This document shows, piece after piece, positions 30,132 to 40,579 of a stretch of DNA of 64,000 nucleotides. The notes under the pieces are model-generated. The model did no database searches and was not told the DNA's origin. It saw nothing but the letters and a program-made list of their open reading frames with translations. A program made the translations under genes and the position numbers. Within the stretch, counting starts at the first letter, position 1. Each line of letters opens with the position of its first letter. The DNA comes from an uncultured Actinomycetota bacterium (GTDB lineage Bacteria > Actinomycetota > Actinomycetes > JAHEKZ01), in contig CAWHIJ010000003.1 in NCBI GenBank assembly GCA_963829525.1, forward strand, positions 544,001 to 608,000, in the 5' to 3' direction.

Positions 30132-30623
30132 ATGAGTATCGATCCATTCGTGGCCGACGCACGAGGCTGGATCCCCGTCAACGCGCGCCTGGCCACCGCA
30201 CGTCGGCTGATTGCAATGAGCCTGACGACTGTTGTCACGTTGATCGCAGTCGTTGCGCTTGCTGTGGGTGGCTTGCCTGAGCTCGGCTTTGTTGCCCTGG
30301 TGGTCGGTCTTGTGGTCCTGGCTTGGCTTTGGTGGTTGATCGGACGACAGGTTCGGGCCATCGGGTACTCCGAGCGCACCGATGACTTGATCGTCGTCTC
30401 AGGCATCTTGTTCCGTCGACTTGTACTCGTTCCCTACGGCCGGATGCAGCTGGTCGACGTTCGGCGGGGTCCGGTTGAGCGCTATTTCGGCCTTGCCACC
30501 GTCCAGTTGCACACCGCGGCGGCCACGACCGATGCCACCATTCCCGGCCTCCCGCCGAATGAGGCCGGCAGACTTCGCGACAAACTTGCTGCGCTGGGCG
30601 AACAGCGGAGCGCCGGTCTGTGA
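30132..30623 (+). CDS. Bacterial PH domain membrane protein (YdbS-like)
   Basis: Two TM helices then VPYGRMQ.VD..RGP..R.FGLATV. Confidence 0.87.
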   Translation: MSIDPFVADARGWIPVNARLATARRLIAMSLTTVVTLIAVVALAVGGLPELGFVALVVGLVVLAWLWWLIGRQVRAIGYSERTDDLIVVSGILFRRLVLVPYGRMQLVDVRRGPVERYFGLATVQLHTAAATTDATIPGLPPNEAGRLRDKLAALGEQRSAGL

Positions 30624-31984
30624 CCGAGCCTCGTCATACGCATCCCGTTACGCCCTTAGTCACCATGGTGCGTGCAGTACCCGTGCTGATCTTCGGAGTC
30701 TTCGTGACGGGAGGGGGTGAGGCCGCCAACGTCCTCGGCGGACTCGGTACCGGAGGAGTGATCGTTCTCATCCTTGTCGGGGTCGGCATCTATGCGTACT
30801 TCTCGTGGACGCGGCTCACGTTCTTCTATGACGATGACGGCGACCTGCGAATCAACTCCGGTGTCTTTGTCCGCAACGAGCGACGCGTCCAGCTGTCTCG
30901 GCTCCAATCGGTGGATGTGACTCAGCCGATCCTCGCCCGACTCTTCGGGCTGGCCGAGCTACGCCCAGAAGTTGCCGGTGCCTCATCCGAAGGCACCAAA
31001 TTGCAGTACTTGGCTCTCGAGGACGCCCAGCAGCTGCGTGCAGAGCTTCTCGCCAGGGCATCTGGCCTTCGCCGGGAGGAAGGCGCCGCGGTCGCGACAG
31101 CCCCCGAGCAAGTACTGGTCCAGGTGCCCTCGCCGCATCTGCTCGCCTCCCTCGTGCTTCAGCCGACGACGATCTTCCTCCTGCTGCTGATCCCGACGGT
31201 GGTGGCCGTCGCCGGGGTCTCGGGAGTGTGGGAGCTGGGGCTAACCGGGCTCCTTTTGGTCTTCGCCCCGGTCACCGTGGTCGGTGGGCAGTTCCTCAGG
31301 TACTTCGGTTTCACCGTCGCGCAGTCCCCAGACGGACTGCGGCTGCGCTTCGGTCTCACGTCACACCGCTCGCAGACCGTTCCGCCCGGGCGCGTCCAGG
31401 CGGTGCGAATCGAACGCCCACTCATGTGGAAACCCTGGGGGTGGGTTCGTGTCGTCGTCAATGTTGCTGGCACCGTGGGCGGCGAGGAGGGCGAAGACCG
31501 CCCTTCGGTCATCCTCCCGGTCGCACCCCTGCCAGTGGCTCGCACCCTGTTGCAGCAAGTTCTGCCCGGAGTGGATCCGTTCGGCGTCGACCTGACGCCA
31601 GCACCGGCCACGGCACGTTGGCGCGCGCCGCTCCAGTGCAAGCAGCTGGGGGTGGGAGCAACGCCGGTCGCGTTCGTCACTCGACGAGGCTGGCTCGTCC
31701 CGAAGTGGGATGTGGTTCCGCATGCGCGTACGCAGAGCGTCCGCCTTACACAAGGTCCCTGGCAGCGCTGGCTGGGACTCGCCACAGTCCGCGTCGACTC
31801 GACTCCTGGTCCGGTGTCGATAGCAGCATTGCACCAGGATGCCAGGACCGCGCGCATCCTGGCTCAGGAGCAGGCTGACCGGGCGGGGTTGGCTCGTCGC
31901 CAAGCCGGTCCAGGGCAGCCTGAGAGTTATCCGGTCGCGTCGCCGACTGTCCCGCCTCCAGGGACTGAGTCCGACCTTCCGTAG
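30620..31984 (+). CDS. Multi-bPH domain membrane protein (YdbT-like)
   Basis: Three bPH-like repeats (RLQSVD, RVQAVR, RTQSVR); coupled to the ydbS-like gene. Confidence 0.85.
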   Translation: MTEPRHTHPVTPLVTMVRAVPVLIFGVFVTGGGEAANVLGGLGTGGVIVLILVGVGIYAYFSWTRLTFFYDDDGDLRINSGVFVRNERRVQLSRLQSVDVTQPILARLFGLAELRPEVAGASSEGTKLQYLALEDAQQLRAELLARASGLRREEGAAVATAPEQVLVQVPSPHLLASLVLQPTTIFLLLLIPTVVAVAGVSGVWELGLTGLLLVFAPVTVVGGQFLRYFGFTVAQSPDGLRLRFGLTSHRSQTVPPGRVQAVRIERPLMWKPWGWVRVVVNVAGTVGGEEGEDRPSVILPVAPLPVARTLLQQVLPGVDPFGVDLTPAPATARWRAPLQCKQLGVGATPVAFVTRRGWLVPKWDVVPHARTQSVRLTQGPWQRWLGLATVRVDSTPGPVSIAALHQDARTARILAQEQADRAGLARRQAGPGQPESYPVASPTVPPPGTESDLP

Positions 31985-34536
31985 CGCCGAAGGCGCCATG
32001 CCTTGTCGGCTGCGTCGACAAGCAGAAGAACAAGGGGGGCTACAGCCGCAACAGCCCAGCCAATCGCCGTTGGCGATGCTTGCCCGAGCAGGCTGGCCAG
32101 CGGTGGAATGAAGACCATTGCTAGCGCGATGCCCAGCGCAATCAGGACGGACCAGATCAGCATCGGGTTCGTGAACAGTCCGAGGTGACCAATGGTCAGT
32201 GTGCTGCTCCGGCAGGCCAGCGCATTTCCCATCTGTGCTGCCACCACGGTGATGAAGTATGCACCGGATGCCTGCGCGAGTAAGCCCGCGTCCGGTGGCG
32301 TCCCCCAGTCCCAACCACCGGCCATCAGAACCGCGACGAACGCGAACATGGCAATCAATGCCTCGGTAGGTCCGAGCAGTGCGAACGAACGCCAGGCGAC
32401 TGTGCGGCTTAGCAGTCGCCCGGATACCGGCGGACGTTGCATGACGCGACCATGCGGTCGCTCGCCACCGAGGGCGACGGCTGTCAGGGTGTCAGTAGCC
32501 AGGTCGAGAGCCAGGATCTGGAGAACCCCGAGTGCCAATGGGAACGATCCGCCGGAGAGCGCCCAAACCACAAGAGGAAAGAGCTCAGCGACGTTGTCGG
32601 TCAGGTGGTACGTCAGGAAGCGTCGGACATTGAGGAAGGTGCCCCGCCCCTGCTCGACTGTCGCGACGATGGTGGTGAAATCGTCATCGAGCAGCACCAG
32701 GTCGGATGCATCGCGGGCCACATCGCTGCCACTCTCACCCATCGCAATGCCGATGTCAGCCTCTTGAAGGGCTGGCCCATCGTTCACTCCATCACCGGTC
32801 ATTGCGACGACATGCGCGCGTGCCTGCAGCGCTCTCGCGATGCGGAGTTTTTGTTCCGGGGCAACCCTGGCGATCACGACCCCGTCGTGGTCGATCAACT
32901 CGCCGAGAGGTCCATCATCATCAGGAAGGTCGGCCCCGGAGAGCACGCGTTCCTGGCCAAGGGACAGGCCTACCTGCTTGGCAATGGCTGCTGCGGTAGC
33001 AGGGTGGTCGCCAGTGATCATGGCTACGCGGATTCCCGCGTCTCGACAGGCCTGGAGTGCTCCGCGGGCACTGGGCCGAGCGGGGTCGGAGAGGCCAATC
33101 AGCCCAAGCAGGGTGAGGTCGAGCTCGGCCTCTGCCGCGTTTGTCGGCTTATCCCCCAGGACGCGGCGTGATCCGACGGCAAGGACGCGTAATCCAGCAG
33201 ACGCCATGGTTTGCGCCACCTTGTCGACCTCAGCGACGTCGACATCGACACAGAGCGGGAGCACTGTGTCAGCCGCACCCTTGACGTAGACGTCGTCGCC
33301 GTTGAGTACCGACATGCGCCGCCGCCGTGGGTCGAAGGGGAACACTCGAGTGGGTGGGCCCGGCTGAACGAGGTCGAGACGGTAAGTAAGTGTGTCGATA
33401 GCGGCTTCCATCGGATCGCCCTGGGGAACCCATTTGCCGTCTGTCTTGACCGCGCGGCCACTAGAGCAAGCGTACGCAGCGAGGGCGACTGGCTGTGCTG
33501 CAATGCGTGCTGCCTCGTCACCGGAGATAGTTGCCGTTGGTTCGTAGCCGTCCCCCTCAATTCTCAGTGTTCCGACTGGCGTCCATACCTCAACTACCTG
33601 CATCTGGTTACGGGTCAGCGTCCCGGTCTTGTCGGTGCAGATGAAGGTGACCGATCCGAGCGTCTCCACCGATTCAAGGTGTCGCACAACAGCGTGACGC
33701 TTGGCGATTCGCTGCGCGCCCAAGGCCAACGACAGCGTCACGGTGGGAAGGAGGGCCTCAGGAACAAGCGCTACCGTCACTCCGATTGCGAAGGTGACGG
33801 CGTTCTGCAGATCTGTGTGGGCGACAAGAGCGATGACCAAGAAGGCGACTCCGGTCGAGATCGCTATGGCTGAGATCGTGCGTACAACGCGCTTCATCTC
33901 CAGCGCAAGGGGGCTCGTCGGTCTCACCACCGAGCGGGTGAGGTCGGCGAGCCCGGCCAGACGTGTGTGGACGCCGACGGCGGTGACCTGGATCATCGCC
34001 TCGCCCTGAACGACGAAGGTGCCACCGGTGACGTCAGCGCCGACATCGAGCGTGACGGGGACGCTCTCCCCCGTAATCAGCGAGGTATTCACTTCCAGAG
34101 CCTGCGCATCGACGACGACGGCATCGGCGGGGATTCGGTCTCCGGCCGTGAGCACGGCGATGTCATCGACGACGAGCTCGCCCGCATCTAGCTGGCGCTG
34201 CTTGCCGTCGCGCCGAACCAGCACGGTTCGCGGCACCATATCCTGCATCGAGGCCGCCGCGTGCTCAGCCTTTCGTTCCTGAGCAAATGCGAAGACGGCG
34301 TTGATGACGACGACAAGGGCAATCGCCACAGACAGTTCAGGCATGCCGGCGAGGAGAGCCAACCCGGCGGCACCCCAGAGGAGTGCCGCGAAGAAGTGGG
34401 TGAGCTCGGCGAGCAACCGCCGCCAGGCGGGGGTTGGCTTCGCCGGGGGTAGTCGGTTGTCACCGAACTGGGCGCGTCGGTCTACGACCTCTTGGTCGGT
34501 GAGGCCCCGCAGCAGTTCGTCACGGACTAACGGCAC
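31927..34536 (-). CDS. Cation-transporting P-type ATPase (type II)
   Basis: TGES, PEALL, DKTGTLT, TGDH and TGDGVND motifs. Confidence 0.93.
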   Translation of the reverse strand: MPLVRDELLRGLTDQEVVDRRAQFGDNRLPPAKPTPAWRRLLAELTHFFAALLWGAAGLALLAGMPELSVAIALVVVINAVFAFAQERKAEHAAASMQDMVPRTVLVRRDGKQRQLDAGELVVDDIAVLTAGDRIPADAVVVDAQALEVNTSLITGESVPVTLDVGADVTGGTFVVQGEAMIQVTAVGVHTRLAGLADLTRSVVRPTSPLALEMKRVVRTISAIAISTGVAFLVIALVAHTDLQNAVTFAIGVTVALVPEALLPTVTLSLALGAQRIAKRHAVVRHLESVETLGSVTFICTDKTGTLTRNQMQVVEVWTPVGTLRIEGDGYEPTATISGDEAARIAAQPVALAAYACSSGRAVKTDGKWVPQGDPMEAAIDTLTYRLDLVQPGPPTRVFPFDPRRRRMSVLNGDDVYVKGAADTVLPLCVDVDVAEVDKVAQTMASAGLRVLAVGSRRVLGDKPTNAAEAELDLTLLGLIGLSDPARPSARGALQACRDAGIRVAMITGDHPATAAAIAKQVGLSLGQERVLSGADLPDDDGPLGELIDHDGVVIARVAPEQKLRIARALQARAHVVAMTGDGVNDGPALQEADIGIAMGESGSDVARDASDLVLLDDDFTTIVATVEQGRGTFLNVRRFLTYHLTDNVAELFPLVVWALSGGSFPLALGVLQILALDLATDTLTAVALGGERPHGRVMQRPPVSGRLLSRTVAWRSFALLGPTEALIAMFAFVAVLMAGGWDWGTPPDAGLLAQASGAYFITVVAAQMGNALACRSSTLTIGHLGLFTNPMLIWSVLIALGIALAMVFIPPLASLLGQASPTAIGWAVAAVAPLVLLLVDAADKAWRLRRYGRSDSVPGGGTVGDATG

Positions 34537-34589
34537 GCTGTCACTCTGCGCCAGTCATGGCTGCTGGGCCAGGGGCTTCGCTCCTTGAC

Positions 34590-35606
34590 TTACGCCCATT
34601 TGATGCCGTCGATCGCAGGCCGGGCGCCCTTGGTCTGCAGCAGCCACCAGAAGGATCCGAGGGAAGCGGGGTCGAGGAGCTCAGCGGCATGCGAGGCGCG
34701 CGAGAGGCCATCGATGTACCCCATGGGATTGCTATGTGCAAAGGCGATGGGCGGTCGTCTCGTAGCCAGACCGAGAGCGCGCAAGGCGTCAGACTGGGAG
34801 ACCAGAGCCGAAGAATCGGCGCCGGCATCGGCGCCGGCCTGCTGGCATGCGTCCATCGCAACGTGCGCGGTGATGTCACACGATCCATCGGGGACCGGGG
34901 CCACCTGGCGACCATCTCGGTAGCCGGTAACGGTTCCAGTTGGGTACCTGCCTGCTGTCCGATCATCTCGAAGGTGGCCGTAGTCGATGGCGACGGCGAG
35001 CCCACCGCTGAGACTGTCCATGATCTGCGCCCAGGCTTGGTCTCGGGTCCAGCCAACCTCGACCCGGTCTCCGGGCCTGTTGACCGGCCACCAACGCTTG
35101 ATCCAGCGTCGTTGCTTGTCGTCGACTGCTGGCCCGATCTTCTCCTCGGCTGTGACGGGGTCAACCAGAACTTGTCGCAGGAAACCACCTTCGGCGACCT
35201 CGACCACGTCACACGGGACGTTGTCGAGGTACTCGTGGGCGATGACGAGCCCGGTGACACCGCTCGGGAGGACTTCCGTCCAGCGAACCTGCGCCTGAAG
35301 CTCAGGCGGGCGGGGCCGGATCTCAACGGCGACCGGGTCGACGCGACCAGCAAGATCGGCGGGGAGCTCTCTCAGCAGTTCACGCATCAGCGCGCCGTCG
35401 CCTGCGCCCATGTCCACGATGTCGAGGCGTACAGGGCTACCGAGAGCCAGATCCACTGCGACGACAAGCGGCACGATCGACTCAGCTAGGAGCGGGGATG
35501 CGCTGACGCTGGTGCGGAAGTGCGCGTCGGGGGAGTTGTTCCTGTAGAAGCCGCCGGGACCGTACAAGGCCGCAGCAATGGCGTCCGACCAGGTGACTGC
35601 TGTCAC
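34590..35606 (-). CDS. SAM-dependent methyltransferase, MidA/NDUFAF7 family
   Basis: ALYGPGGFY, HFRTS, DMGAGDG, HEYLDNVP, IDYG and DITAHV motifs. Confidence 0.85.
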   Translation of the reverse strand: MTAVTWSDAIAAALYGPGGFYRNNSPDAHFRTSVSASPLLAESIVPLVVAVDLALGSPVRLDIVDMGAGDGALMRELLRELPADLAGRVDPVAVEIRPRPPELQAQVRWTEVLPSGVTGLVIAHEYLDNVPCDVVEVAEGGFLRQVLVDPVTAEEKIGPAVDDKQRRWIKRWWPVNRPGDRVEVGWTRDQAWAQIMDSLSGGLAVAIDYGHLRDDRTAGRYPTGTVTGYRDGRQVAPVPDGSCDITAHVAMDACQQAGADAGADSSALVSQSDALRALGLATRRPPIAFAHSNPMGYIDGLSRASHAAELLDPASLGSFWWLLQTKGARPAIDGIKWA

Positions 35607-35634
35607 GGGCCCTCTTCCCAGTTTACGGGTGTCG

Positions 35635-35724
35635 TCACGCCGGTTTCCCAGCCGATGCGGAGGATGCCGTAGCCGATGCTGTCGTGGCGCGTGCCGCTCT
35701 CGGACGGGGGAAGGTCGGTTCCAT
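35635..35724 (-). CDS. Putative leaderless small ORF (29 aa) upstream of the methyltransferase
   Basis: TAGCCT -10 box (35736-35731) 6 nt before the ATG; MEPTFPRPRAARATTASATASSASAGKPA*. Confidence 0.35.
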   Translation of the reverse strand: MEPTFPRPRAARATTASATASSASAGKPA

Positions 35725-35801
35725 GCGGCCAGGCTAACTGGCTTGAGGTGGAGCTCTCCGGTGTCGAGTCCTGCCTTGAAACGGACTCAGTGCCCACCCA
35801 C

Positions 35802-35850
35802 TACGCTGAACTCACCCTCGTCCGGTACCCGCAAAGGACTGGAACGCATC
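35802..35850 (+). promoter_or_regulatory. -10 box and 5' UTR hairpin of the pantothenate/CoA operon
   Basis: TACGCT at 35802-35807; bulged hairpin CGTCCGGTACCCGCAAAGGACTGGAACG covering the likely RBS. Confidence 0.45.
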
Positions 35851-36768
35851 GTGACCTCAGATCTGCAGCCTGCCACCGCTCCGACCCGACCGGGTCGGCT
35901 CAGTGTCGGGGTCATTGGCTCGGGCCGCGTGGGGGCTGTGCTCGGAGCCGCACTGGCTCGGGTGGGACACCGTCCGATAGCTGCGTCTGCCGTCTCGGAC
36001 GTCTCTCGATCGCGCGCTGAGACCCTGCTCCCGGACGCCGCAGTTGTGTCGCCTCCTGAGGTGTGTGCCGCAGCCGACCTCGTACTCGTCACTGTTCCGG
36101 ATGACCAGTTGCCCGGGCTCATTGATGGATTGGCCGCCGTCGGTGCCTGGCGGCCCGGGCAGATCGTGGTGCACACCAGCGGCCGGTATGGGATCGGCGT
36201 TTTGGAGCCAGCTCAGCGCATGGGCGCCGTCCCGCTCGCGCTTCATCCGGTGATGACCTTCACGGGTACCTCGATCGACATCGACCGACTTGTCGGTGCC
36301 TCGTTCGGCGTTACTGCGCCGGCTGCATTTCTGCCGGTGGCGGACGCCCTGGTTCTAGAGATGGAGGCCGAGCCCGTCCACGTCGACGAGGATGCTCGTC
36401 CGCTCTACCACGCGGCGTTGGCGCACGCGTCCAACCACCTGGTGACCCTGGTGGCATCCAGTGCTGACCTTCTCGAAGCTGCCGGCGTTGACGATCCGCG
36501 CAAGGTTCTTCACCCACTCGTCAGCGCTGCGTTAGACAATGTGCTGCGCCTCGGCGACCAGGCGCTCACCGGACCCGTGATGCGTGGCGATGCAGCAACG
36601 GTGGCGCGCCACATCGACGAGATCGGCAATGTCTCCCCTCAAACGGCGGACCTCTACGTCGCGCTGGCGCGCGTGACTGCGCGTCGGGCCCGAGATGCTG
36701 GGTTGCTGAGCGAGGTCGACGCCGATTCCGTGCTGGACGCCATCGAAGGCACGGGGGACGAACGATGA
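35851..36768 (+). CDS. Rossmann-like + DUF2520 oxidoreductase (PanG-like putative ketopantoate reductase)
   Basis: IGSGRVG, HTSG, HPVMTF, YHAAL and LTGPV.RGD motifs; directly upstream of panC. Confidence 0.85.
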   Translation: MTSDLQPATAPTRPGRLSVGVIGSGRVGAVLGAALARVGHRPIAASAVSDVSRSRAETLLPDAAVVSPPEVCAAADLVLVTVPDDQLPGLIDGLAAVGAWRPGQIVVHTSGRYGIGVLEPAQRMGAVPLALHPVMTFTGTSIDIDRLVGASFGVTAPAAFLPVADALVLEMEAEPVHVDEDARPLYHAALAHASNHLVTLVASSADLLEAAGVDDPRKVLHPLVSAALDNVLRLGDQALTGPVMRGDAATVARHIDEIGNVSPQTADLYVALARVTARRARDAGLLSEVDADSVLDAIEGTGDER

Positions 36769-37640
36769 CGACGGTGGCCCGAACCCGTGCCGACCTGGCG
36801 TCGACACGAGCAGAATGGGTGGCTGCCCGTGATTCGGTCGCGGTGGTGATGACCATGGGCGCGCTCCACGCTGGCCACGCGGAACTCATCAGACGTGCTC
36901 GTGAACGAAACGATCGAGTGATCGTTACTGACTTCCTCAACCCGTTGCAGTTTGCGCCAGGAGAGGACCTCGACAAGTACCCGAGGACGTTCGCCGCCGA
37001 TCTTGAACTGTGCCGTGCCGAGGGGGTCGACCTGCTCTTTGCGCCGGGGCCGTCCGAGGTTTACCCCGTAGGCGACCCTGTGGTGCGGGTAGCCGCCGGA
37101 CGCATTGGCGACCTGCTGGAAGGGGAGTCGCGGCCGGGTCACTTTGATGGCGTACTGACTGTCGTCGCCAAGCTGTTGAACCTCACCGCCCCCCATCGGG
37201 CCTACTTCGGCCAGAAGGACGCCCAACAGCTGTGGCTGATATCACAGATGGTGCGCGACCTCGATTTCGGTGTCGAAATCATCGAGGTGCCCACGGTTCG
37301 CGACCAGGATGGCCTGGCGCTGTCGAGCCGAAACATCTACTTGGTCGACGCCGACCGGTTGCAGGCGCTCGCCCTGCACGAGGCACTTGAGGCGGGGGCT
37401 GCTGCGGCTGCCGGTGGGCCTACGGCCGCCATCGAGGCGGCGCGGGCGCACCTGTCAGAGGCCGGCGTGAAGGTCGACTATGTGTCCCTGGTGAACCCCC
37501 AGAGTTTCGAACTGATGCAGGGAAGCGGTCCGGCGCTTCTTGTCGTTGCTGCCCACGTCGGTTCAACGCGGCTGATCGACAACGTCCGGTTGTGCGTTGG
37601 CACGGGGGAGATGGGTGGGCGACATGCTGTTGACGATTGA
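36765..37640 (+). CDS. panC: Pantoate--beta-alanine ligase
   Basis: [26 protein letters not shown] and LSSRN motifs. Confidence 0.96.
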   Translation: MTTVARTRADLASTRAEWVAARDSVAVVMTMGALHAGHAELIRRARERNDRVIVTDFLNPLQFAPGEDLDKYPRTFAADLELCRAEGVDLLFAPGPSEVYPVGDPVVRVAAGRIGDLLEGESRPGHFDGVLTVVAKLLNLTAPHRAYFGQKDAQQLWLISQMVRDLDFGVEIIEVPTVRDQDGLALSSRNIYLVDADRLQALALHEALEAGAAAAAGGPTAAIEAARAHLSEAGVKVDYVSLVNPQSFELMQGSGPALLVVAAHVGSTRLIDNVRLCVGTGEMGGRHAVDD

Positions 37641-38400
37641 CATCGGGAACACGCAGACGGTTCTCGGGCTCTTCCAGGAGGATAACCTCGATCATACGTG
37701 GCGAATCGCGACGTATGACACAAGAACTGCTGACGAGCTCGCCGTGCTGATCACGTCGTTGCTCGCGCAGCATGGCGATGGAACCAAGGTCACCGGTATC
37801 GCCTTGTGCTCCACCGTGCCTGTGGCGCTCCATGAAATGCGACAGATGTGCACGCGCTACTACGGTGAGATTCCCGTCGTCGTGGTTGAACCAGGTGTGC
37901 GCACTGGTGTCCCGATTCTGACCGACAATCCGAAAGAGGTCGGCAGCGACCGAATCGTCAACTCGTTGGCTGCAGCGACGTTGTTCGGCGGCCCGGCGAT
38001 CGTGGTCGACTTCGGCACCGCCACCACATTTGATGCGGTCTCGGCCAAGGGCGAGTACCTCGGTGGGGCGATCGCACCGGGAGTGGAGATCTCGGTGGAT
38101 GCCCTTGGCGCCCGCGGTGCCCAGCTGCGCAAGGTGGAGTTGGCGCGACCACGTTCGGTCGTGGGTCGTAACACCGTTGAAGCGCTGCAATCGGGGATTC
38201 TTTACGGCTTCGCCGGTCAGGTGGATGGGATCGTGCACCGAATGACCGCGGAATTGGCCGACGATGCTGACACCGTCACGGTCATCGCCACCGGGGGGTT
38301 GGCACCCTTGGTGATTGGCGAGTCCGAGGCTATCGACGAGTACGACCCCTGGCTGACGCTGCGCGGCCTCAAACTCGTCTTCGAGCGCAACACCGACTAA
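37624..38400 (+). CDS. coaX: Type III pantothenate kinase
   Basis: IDIGNT, GSDR and VDFGTATT motifs. Confidence 0.95.
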   Translation: MLLTIDIGNTQTVLGLFQEDNLDHTWRIATYDTRTADELAVLITSLLAQHGDGTKVTGIALCSTVPVALHEMRQMCTRYYGEIPVVVVEPGVRTGVPILTDNPKEVGSDRIVNSLAAATLFGGPAIVVDFGTATTFDAVSAKGEYLGGAIAPGVEISVDALGARGAQLRKVELARPRSVVGRNTVEALQSGILYGFAGQVDGIVHRMTAELADDADTVTVIATGGLAPLVIGESEAIDEYDPWLTLRGLKLVFERNTD

Positions 38401-38524
38401 CGGCCCGCGGAGTGAAGGCTTTCGACCTCGCGCGAGTCGAGTGGCCAACACCACTTGCAGCGAACCGTCCTGAGGACGTTAGTCGAGCGCTCGGCGGGCT
38501 GGAGAGATCGGTAGCCTTGCGCGT

Positions 38525-40072
38525 ATGACCCTTGGCCCTGTCGACGATGCTGGAGCTGTTCCCGACACTGCATCTGATCCGGCTGCCGCTGCGCGCTCGG
38601 AGCAAGAGCAAGTTCGCCGACAGAAGCTGGCACGGATGCGAGCCGAGGGCAACGATCCTTATGCCTTTGGCTACCCGAGGACGACAGATGCCACGACGCT
38701 CAGAGCCCGCTTCGCCGACCTTGTGGCCGACACGTTCACCGGCGAGGAAGTTGGGGTTGCCGGGCGAGTGGTACTCAATCGGGTCAGCGGCAAGATCATC
38801 TTTGCGACATTGCGGGACGCGGCGGCCGACCTTCAGGTGATGCTCACCCTCGATGGCAGCGGGCAAGAGCTTCTCGACCGCTGGAAGAACGACGTCGACC
38901 TCGGAGACCACGTTGGGGTCACCGGCGAGGTCATCACCTCCAAGCGCGGCGAGCTGAGCGTCTTGGCGTCGGACTTCCAGGTCACCAGCAAGTGCCTGCA
39001 CCCGCTGCCGGAAAAGCACGCTGGTCTCACAGATCCCGAGGCCCGTGTTCGCCAGCGCTACGTCGACCTCATCGTGCGCCAGGAGGCGCGAGACATGGTC
39101 TACCTGCGTTCGGGTGTTGTGCGGTCACTGCGCGAGACGCTGCAGGGGAACGGCTACATCGAGGCCGAGACGCCGATGCTCCAGGTCATGCACGGCGGCG
39201 CGAACGCGCGTCCGTTCGTCACCCACATCAACGCCTACGACATGCCGCTGTACCTGCGTATCGCTCCTGAGCTCTACCTCAAGCGGCTTCTGGTGGGCGG
39301 TGTCGATCGGGTTTTCGAGATCAACCGGAACTTCCGGAACGAGGGTGCTGACTCCTCGCACAACCCGGAGTTCACGATGCTCGAGATGTACGAGGCTTAT
39401 GGCGACTACGACACCATGCGCCTGCTCACCCAGCAGCTGGTCCAGAACGCCGCCATCGATGTCTTCGGTGAGGCGGTGGCCAGGCGTGCTACGTCGGACG
39501 GATCAATTGAGGAGTTCGACCTCGCTGGTGACTGGCCCGTCAAGACAATGATCGGCGCGCTCTCCGAAGCTCTCGGCGAGGAGGTCGACCTTGATACCCC
39601 GCTGGAGGTGCTGCGCAGGTACTGCGAGCGGTTCGAGATCGACGAGCCCGACGATGCTTCGGTCGGCATGCTGCTCGAAGAGCTGTACGTCGGACTGGTC
39701 GAGAGCAAGACGACGACGCCGGTCTTCTACAAGGACTTCCCGAAGGAGAACGCGCCGCTCACCCGCGTCCACCGAGACGATCCCCGCCTCACGGAGAAGT
39801 GGGACCTCGTCGGATGGGGCGCTGAAATGGGTACCGGCTACTCCGAGCTCATCGACCCCCTCGACCAGCGTGAGCGGTTCCTTGCCCAGGCAGCTCGTGC
39901 CGAGCGTGGAGACGACGAGGCAATGCAACTGGACGAGGACTTCCTTCGTGCCCTCGAGCACGGGATGCCACCCGCTGGCGGTCAGGGGATGGGAATCGAT
40001 CGTCTGGTGATGACGCTCACGGGCCTGGGCGTCCGCGACACGATCCTCTTTCCCCTGGTGAAACCAGAGTGA
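38525..40072 (+). CDS. lysS: Lysine--tRNA ligase (class II)
   Basis: OB fold; YLRIAPELYLKRL, FRNEG and GMGIDRL motifs. Confidence 0.97.
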   Translation: MTLGPVDDAGAVPDTASDPAAAARSEQEQVRRQKLARMRAEGNDPYAFGYPRTTDATTLRARFADLVADTFTGEEVGVAGRVVLNRVSGKIIFATLRDAAADLQVMLTLDGSGQELLDRWKNDVDLGDHVGVTGEVITSKRGELSVLASDFQVTSKCLHPLPEKHAGLTDPEARVRQRYVDLIVRQEARDMVYLRSGVVRSLRETLQGNGYIEAETPMLQVMHGGANARPFVTHINAYDMPLYLRIAPELYLKRLLVGGVDRVFEINRNFRNEGADSSHNPEFTMLEMYEAYGDYDTMRLLTQQLVQNAAIDVFGEAVARRATSDGSIEEFDLAGDWPVKTMIGALSEALGEEVDLDTPLEVLRRYCERFEIDEPDDASVGMLLEELYVGLVESKTTTPVFYKDFPKENAPLTRVHRDDPRLTEKWDLVGWGAEMGTGYSELIDPLDQRERFLAQAARAERGDDEAMQLDEDFLRALEHGMPPAGGQGMGIDRLVMTLTGLGVRDTILFPLVKPE

Positions 40073-40575
40073 GCGCTACGTCGGTAGAGATCCGCGAGGC
40101 TCGCACAGGGGACGTCCGCACCATTCGGCACCTCGTTGACACCTATGCAGCCGACCGCATACTCCTCTCGAAGGCGACCGTCACCCTCTTTGAGGATGTC
40201 CAGGAGTTCTACGTCGCCGAGGTTGACGGTGCGGTCGTCGGCTGTGGTGCGCTGCACGTGCTCTGGGAGGACCTCGCCGAGGTTCGGACCCTGGCGGTCG
40301 ACCACAACTATCGCGGACACGGGATCGGTGACTTGCTGCTCCGCCGCCTGTTGCAGCAGGCGCGACACGTGGGGGTGGCCAGAGTCTTCTGTCTCACCTT
40401 CGAGGTGGAGTTCTTCAGCCGACACGGCTTCGCCGAGATCGACGGAGCCCCGGTGTCACACGAGGTCTTCGAGCAGCTGCTTGAGTCCTATGACGAAGGT
40501 GTTGCTGAGTTCCTCGGCTTGGAGCGCGTCAAGCCGAACACCCTTGGCAACGCTCGCATGCTGCTGGTTCTCTGA
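40069..40575 (+). CDS. argA: Amino-acid N-acetyltransferase (short GNAT-only type)
   Basis: GCGALHVLWEDLAEVRTLAV and VFCLTFEV motifs; ends KPNTLGN.RM. Confidence 0.8.
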   Translation: MSATSVEIREARTGDVRTIRHLVDTYAADRILLSKATVTLFEDVQEFYVAEVDGAVVGCGALHVLWEDLAEVRTLAVDHNYRGHGIGDLLLRRLLQQARHVGVARVFCLTFEVEFFSRHGFAEIDGAPVSHEVFEQLLESYDEGVAEFLGLERVKPNTLGNARMLLVL

Positions 40576-40579
40576 CCCG

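Noticed and set aside
31927-31984. 58-bp 3' overlap of convergent genes
   Set aside because: It involves only low-complexity tails, which is common in compact GC-rich genomes.
38405-38510. T-box or lysine riboswitch before lysS
   Set aside because: The region is too short, has no conserved elements, and lysS appears leaderless (TAGCCT-N7-ATG).
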